In this document: positions 34,469-39,904 of the stretch, piece after piece | Layout: each line of letters starts with the position of its first letter | Numbering within the stretch: the stretch's first letter is position 1 | From: Priapulus caudatus | Lineage: Eukaryota | Reading direction: 5' to 3' | NCBI RefSeq assembly: GCF_000485595.1 | Contig: NW_014577091.1 | Span: 176,394-216,297 of the forward strand | DNA length: 39,904 bases | Program-made: the position numbers and the translations under genes | The notes under the pieces: generated by a model | Databases searched by the model: none | Told to the model about the DNA's origin: nothing | What the model saw: the letters and a program-made list of their open reading frames with translations, nothing else

Positions 34469-37211
34469 ATAACATGTATAAGCAAATTATTTAATAGCAA
34501 GATGAGTGAAATATAAAATAATCTGATTTTGTTATGTAAGTGGGCAGTATCGATGTTGTACATATTTAAAGTTCTATTTAAACAAGTGCCGCGGAGCGAC
34601 AGCGCTCATCTAATGTCTGCTGCGGTGAATCTGTGGTGGAGTGGTGGGATTCTAGTAAACCCTGTTAGTCCCAAATGTGTTCACATACGCGCCGAAACGG
34701 TGGATGGTATCAGGAACCTTCTCGAAGGAATGTTCGTTGGGATCGTTATGAAAGTTGCCACGAGATGGTGCGTACGTTTAAGTGTCTTAAGATTAAAGAT
34801 GAAAGCTCCCATCGTACGTAGTAGCAACAACTATTTGCAAGACAGAATAGGTAAGCACTCATCCATTTACCTACGCAAGCCTACAGGCTTAAATAGAGAG
34901 CTGCCACCTGTAACTAATTAATGCAGGCAAAATCTACACAGTACTATCACCACCACTTGCACTGGCAGTGGAATAAGTTACATGTAACACAACGACAGTA
35001 CAGAATGCTATAGAAATTATACGATTTAAGGAGCATAAACCTTCTTCAACCAAATTTAGCTTTTGAAATTTCACTGTGACATTGTAGCCTCATACATCGA
35101 GGCATGTATAGATTCTACTAGCAAACCCGGCAGAGTCAATTCTTTCTAACAGTAAACAAATCCAATTTTAACCCTCCTCTTGAGGGCTTAAAACGGTTCA
35201 GACACTACTGCTCGCATCGTCAGCGGAAAGTACATTTCATGGTCGCTTTCAATAACCATAAAATGGTAGGTCACCCGCCTGAAACAAACAGTTTTTCAAT
35301 GCGTCCGTCAGACCATGTCCTCAGAAAATGTCTAAAATTCGCCCTGTGCCCCATTGAGCTGTGACCTCCATTTCGGAGCAGTGATGGCTTTCCTACCATG
35401 ATGCTATACACGACTAACACGAGCTCTAGGTCGAGCCGTTTAGATGTTGTGCCCGCAATGTCTGCATTTCTGCCGATACCTTTAAGCTTAAGCCGAGGAA
35501 CTGTTCCCTTTCTTTTAACACTCTTGACCTTTAGCTTTGCGACCCCCAGCTTCAACATTCCAACTCCGGTTTTCGGCATTACCCCCCCCCCCACCGTCCC
35601 GAATATCGTGACCGTACGTCGAGCCGTTTAGATGTTGTTGCCCAACTGATTGCACGTAAAGGTTACCCACGACGATCATGCGATTCTACAAGCTGCATCT
35701 GACTATGTCAGATGAGCTAAAAAGCATTAAGCTTTTTTAACACTGGTTTTAAAATTATTAGTATTAAATACACTTTCTACAAATTAATTGCCTTTTCTTT
35801 TTTTTGCAAAACACTGCAATGAGATTGCTAGCACAGGGTTTGTAAACGAAACACAGGTTCTTTTAGGATCAAGGTGTAAAAAAGCAATCAACATAGATAC
35901 GTACCATCCTATACAACTTTATTCTCACTTCGTGTGATAACAAATAACTAAACAAGTTGTAATTCCAGATTAAAAACACATTGCAGGATTTAACCTCATG
36001 ATCTGTCAGATCTTGACTGCCGAGTTTCAGCGTTACTTAGCCTGCTCTGGAAGGAAGCTCAGCATGCTGGACAAATAGCAGCACGAGCATTCCTATCTTA
36101 CACTGTCTCTCAATCTCTGTCGGGAAAATTATTATCTACACTTGCTGAAGGGTCTTGCTTGCGATGGAGTGCTTTAAAACGTGCATAGCAGAAACTTCGC
36201 AGGCTCTCTAATGCTAGAGGCCTGCTGAAATATTCCCCAGTAAAAATAAATAAATGCATACATTACAAATTTTGCTAGCACTAAAAATCTTTTTCATGAG
36301 TTTCGATGAGAAACAATCTTATTTACCATATTTCGTGGTTCATAGGATGCTTTGATGCATTAGATGCACCCCAAATATAGCAGGTAATAATCCAGACAAA
36401 AAGAACAAGATACCCCTCTCCTTTACCACGTACATGCTCACCATAAATAAGGCCACATCCTTTTTTTCTGTTGTTACAACTAAAATTTCCTGTATTTCAT
36501 ACACCTTCTTACCTATCAACATTGTTTAGTATATATTATACTGTAGGCTATTCTGCTACGGAGTATATTAACAAGAGGACATTACCTATATAGTTTATAT
36601 GCTCTTGATCATATAATATACCGCAGCTAAAAAACCTTAGTTTAGGATAGCAGCAAAACTTTTCAAACCTCATCCAAATTTATGCAACATTATTTGGAGA
36701 CTACCTTTTTACATACCATTTACATGTACACACACAATAGTGTTAAACTGTTAACCACATTATTTTAGCTTAACATAATTTGTTTACGCTACACTGAACT
36801 TCAGCTAATAGGAAACAAGGAGGATTTTTGAGACAGTTTCTGAGAAAAAAGCACCTTAAAAGCATGCGAAATAGGGTAAATAATTTGAAAACTGAATAGA
36901 TTATTTACTACTTTGCTCATTATCTGGGGATATTAGTACAGCCGTTTTAGCTACTAGTATGAGAGCACTCCAATGATATACGAAACCATACTTCAGCTAT
37001 AGATCATTGCAAAAATTTGACAAGTAATTACATGGTTATAGACAGCAATACAACAACGTCAGAACATACGTACAGACTGAATGACACATAGTGCATTCGA
37101 GACCTTGATATCACACATATCGACTACAGCAGACAGAGTTTCATGCATACATAAATTACGCACGAAACTAGTATTGGTTGGATTTAGAATTGGAATTAGC
37201 TAAAGTGCTTG

Positions 37212-37358
37212 TTATTCATAATGAGTTGTGATTTTGGAAAGTAGAGCATCGCAAGTTTTCTTAGCATCGCCAAGCAGCATGTTTGTGTTCTCCTTGTAGA
37301 AAATTGGATTATCTACTGCGGCATAGCCCACACCTAAACTTCTCTTCATCACAATTAC
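37212..37358 (-). CDS. NNT: NNT second (distal) copy of the terminal coding exon, ending ...[12 protein letters not shown]
   Basis: Has its own acceptor (gtctttttctAG) in phase 0 and is open to TAA. The first 42 codons encode the same protein as exon 38038-37886. Confidence 0.85.
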   Translation of the reverse strand, partial: VIVMKRSLGVGYAAVDNPIFYKENTNMLLGDAKKTCDALLSKITTHYE

Positions 37359-37885
37359 CTAGAAAAAGACAAGAAGCCATGCAAGAAGCGTGTTAGGGCA
37401 TGCAAGAAGCGTGTTAGAGCATGCTGGAAGGGAATCAAGCTGCCAGGGCATGACATGGACGTACATTTACCAAGCCAAGCAACCAAAAATAAACGCACAC
37501 ACACGCACAATAACCAGGTGACGAGAACCGATTTCTTAAGTGGAGTGGTGCCAAATTGTAGTAATGTTCGGTGACGAAAAAAACCTTTAAAACCAGTCGG
37601 TTTTCTTAAAGTGATTTTCATCACTAAACAATATCAATGGTCGAAACGGTTTCTTGTAGAACAAGATCGCACAATCCCATCAGCCGCCTAGTGCATGTGC
37701 TGTGGTAGCAAGTATTGCGCACGCATGCAGTATGTGGAAGCAATGCACCATCTTCAACATCCATGGAAATTGCATCTACCAGTCTACTGGATGGATTGCA
37801 TCAGATTCACTCACTAGGGGGAGGGAAGCTGAAAATAACCTAGCAGTACTAGTGTACTGTGTGAGACTTCACATTCGTAACACGC

Positions 37886-39454
37886 TTAATGCCCTGAGTA
37901 GTGATCCTGGCATTTGCTCAGTAGAGCATCACAAGTTTTCTTAGCATCGCCGAGCAGCATGTTCGTGTTCTCCTTGTAGAAAATTGGATTATCTACTGCG
38001 GCATAGCCCACACCTAAACTTCTCTTCATCACAATCACCTAAAATAAAGTAAATAGTAAGCAACGTTAGAATGGGCAAGTAAGATATGTAAAGATATTAA
38101 TCACTGATCATGAATTATCCGTCAACGCATGGTCACGCGACAATGATAATAATAAATTACTGGTACGGGAGCATTGTCTTCCAGAGATGTCTAGATAAGG
38201 TACCCAGGAGCTGTTAGGGACCTAACCCATAGATTAAGTGCAATGCCTTAATAGCATGCACTTCTTAAAGCAATTCCAGCATTCTCCATCTGTTGTTTCA
38301 ACCACACCATTTCTCTGCGGCGCCAGACTAATGATAAAATACACCCAATTTTGACATATAGCGCAAGTTGAGGAATGTGTAGGGGCGACTGGTTTGGGAG
38401 GGTGCAAACAAAAGTATTAACCAATACGCTCCTCTGCAGAGCTTGAAATGTTATTAAATGAACAGCTGATTATAGTAACTCAAGCCAATGTGCATTGACT
38501 GTTAAATGCGTTACTGCGAATTAGTAACTCGATAGCACTCGGCTATTGTGCAGCCCCCTCCATATCTCTTCCCTCAGTTTGAGATCTAAAGAACACTGAG
38601 AAGAGTACATCAGGAAATATTACAGTGCGAGGTTCTCCACCACGCCGAGTAGAACTAATAGCATTTATTATTTTGCGAAGAAGACCAAAGTCGTTCGTTC
38701 GTTGGTTCGATATACAGTCAGACACACAATAGTGTCGACCTTATTCCTGAGATTGCTGCCAGTCGTTCAATCGCCCACGCCACCGGACACACGTCACCCG
38801 TGACCAACCCTACGGAAAACCGAAATGCGTGAGCTTACGTTGGCGGAGTTCCACACCCGCAGGACGGGCATGCCAGCGATGATGGAGTTAGGGTCGTCCT
38901 CGGCGGCCGAGTTCACCGTGTCGTTGGCGCCGATGACCAGCGTCAGGTCGGTGTCGGGGAAGTCTTCATTGATCTCGTCCATCTCGAGGACGAGGTCGTA
39001 CGGCACGCCGGCCTCAGCCAGCAGCACGTTCAGCTGTCCGGGCATGCGACCTGCAACACGCCACCATCGTCTCGCTTCACTCGCATCACGAGGCCAACAT
39101 TACGGGGCGCACACAGGGCACAGCTATGCACGTACGCCCACGCACGCACACACTCACACTCGTATCTTTATCCAGACTGATTCTGCATAGTGCGTGTTAC
39201 TCAGAAGTAAAATTTTAGAGGCACCGCACATCTCTGAATTGTCAACAAGCACATAGTTTTGAGGTACAGTTAATATCTTTAAGTATCTCAGTGCAAACAG
39301 CTTTGCTAGTAGCAAGAACAGATAATGACTACGTGTCACAAAACCATTACCTGCTACGGGGTGGATGCCGAATCGCACGTTCTTTCCCTTTTTCCTCAGC
39401 AGGTCTATCATCTCAGCAATAGGGTACTGTGCCTTGGCTACGCACAGGCCGTAG
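37886..39454 (-). CDS. NNT: Mitochondrial NAD(P) transhydrogenase, C-terminal NADP(H)-binding domain III, proximal-last-exon form. Exons: 39454-39351, 39050-38839, 38038-37886; rest of gene beyond window end
   Basis: Spliced translation [15 protein letters not shown]...[28 protein letters not shown]...[12 protein letters not shown]...[50 protein letters not shown] has the canonical dIII motifs. GT-AG junctions are in phase. Confidence 0.96.
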
Positions 39455-39694
39455 CTAAAAAGACACCATATTTGTAATTTAGGTGGCAGTAACAGCTAGT
39501 AGAATATTTGTAGCCTTGTTAGGAAATTCCAGCCCCCCCCCCCACAACTCTAATCAGTATTTGTATATATACACTATGTTTTAGTAAATTTGTTGTGCCC
39601 CAACGTGTTATAACTATTTTTAGCCAGTTATCATTCCATTTTTACCTTCACCCACCCGACCCTACAGGCCCTGACATACCTCACCCAATCAGAC

Positions 39695-39904
39695 CCTGAT
39701 GTACCCTACCCTGCCATACCCTGACGTGCTCTAAACTACCATACCCTGACGTACCCTACCCTACCATACCCTGACGTACCCTACCCTACCAGACCCTGAC
39801 GTACCCTACCCTACCAGACGCTGACGTACCCTAACCTACCATACCCTGACGTACCCTACCCTACCAGACCCTGACGTACCCTACCCTACCAGACCCTGAC
39901 GTAC
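39695..39904. repeat. 25-bp minisatellite in an NNT intron, runs off the window end
   Basis: Unit ccctgacgtaccctaccctaccaKa repeated about 8 times. Confidence 0.9.

Noticed and set aside
35271..35631. Overlapping 107-aa and 77-aa ORFs
   Set aside because: The longer ORF has no ATG at its annotated start; no recognisable domain or convincing splice context.
36572..36607. caagag...ctcttg possible fourth micro-hairpin element
   Set aside because: Arms are heavily mismatched and the flanks (atattaa / atcatat) are not a TSD.

Overview
Intron-rich invertebrate animal genomic DNA (GT-AG introns, many MITEs, one 10-N assembly gap at 13512-13521). Four protein-coding genes were reconstructed by hand with phase-consistent splice junctions. 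(1) The last 13 coding exons of NUP210/gp210 (+, 430-8645). (2) A complete 7-exon CRAL-TRIO (alpha-TTP/clavesin-like) gene (-, 26835-19029) with a repeat-rich first exon. (3) An intronless-CDS SLC25A51-type mitochondrial NAD+ carrier (+, 32110-33030). (4) The 3' end of NAD(P) transhydrogenase NNT (-, from 39454), whose last coding exon occurs twice in intact form with different C-termini. About 5.2-5.6 kb (8267-13511 vs 13522-19162) is duplicated across the N gap, most likely two haplotypes assembled in tandem; comparing the copies exposes polymorphic VNTRs and a polymorphic 50-bp hairpin insertion. Most notable observations: dual NNT terminal exons, a family of 40-51 bp hairpin insertion elements with 7-bp TSDs, SLC25A51 next to NNT, and 3'UTR minisatellites seeded from the stop-codon regions of two convergent genes. 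Family assignments come from remembered motifs, not database searches.
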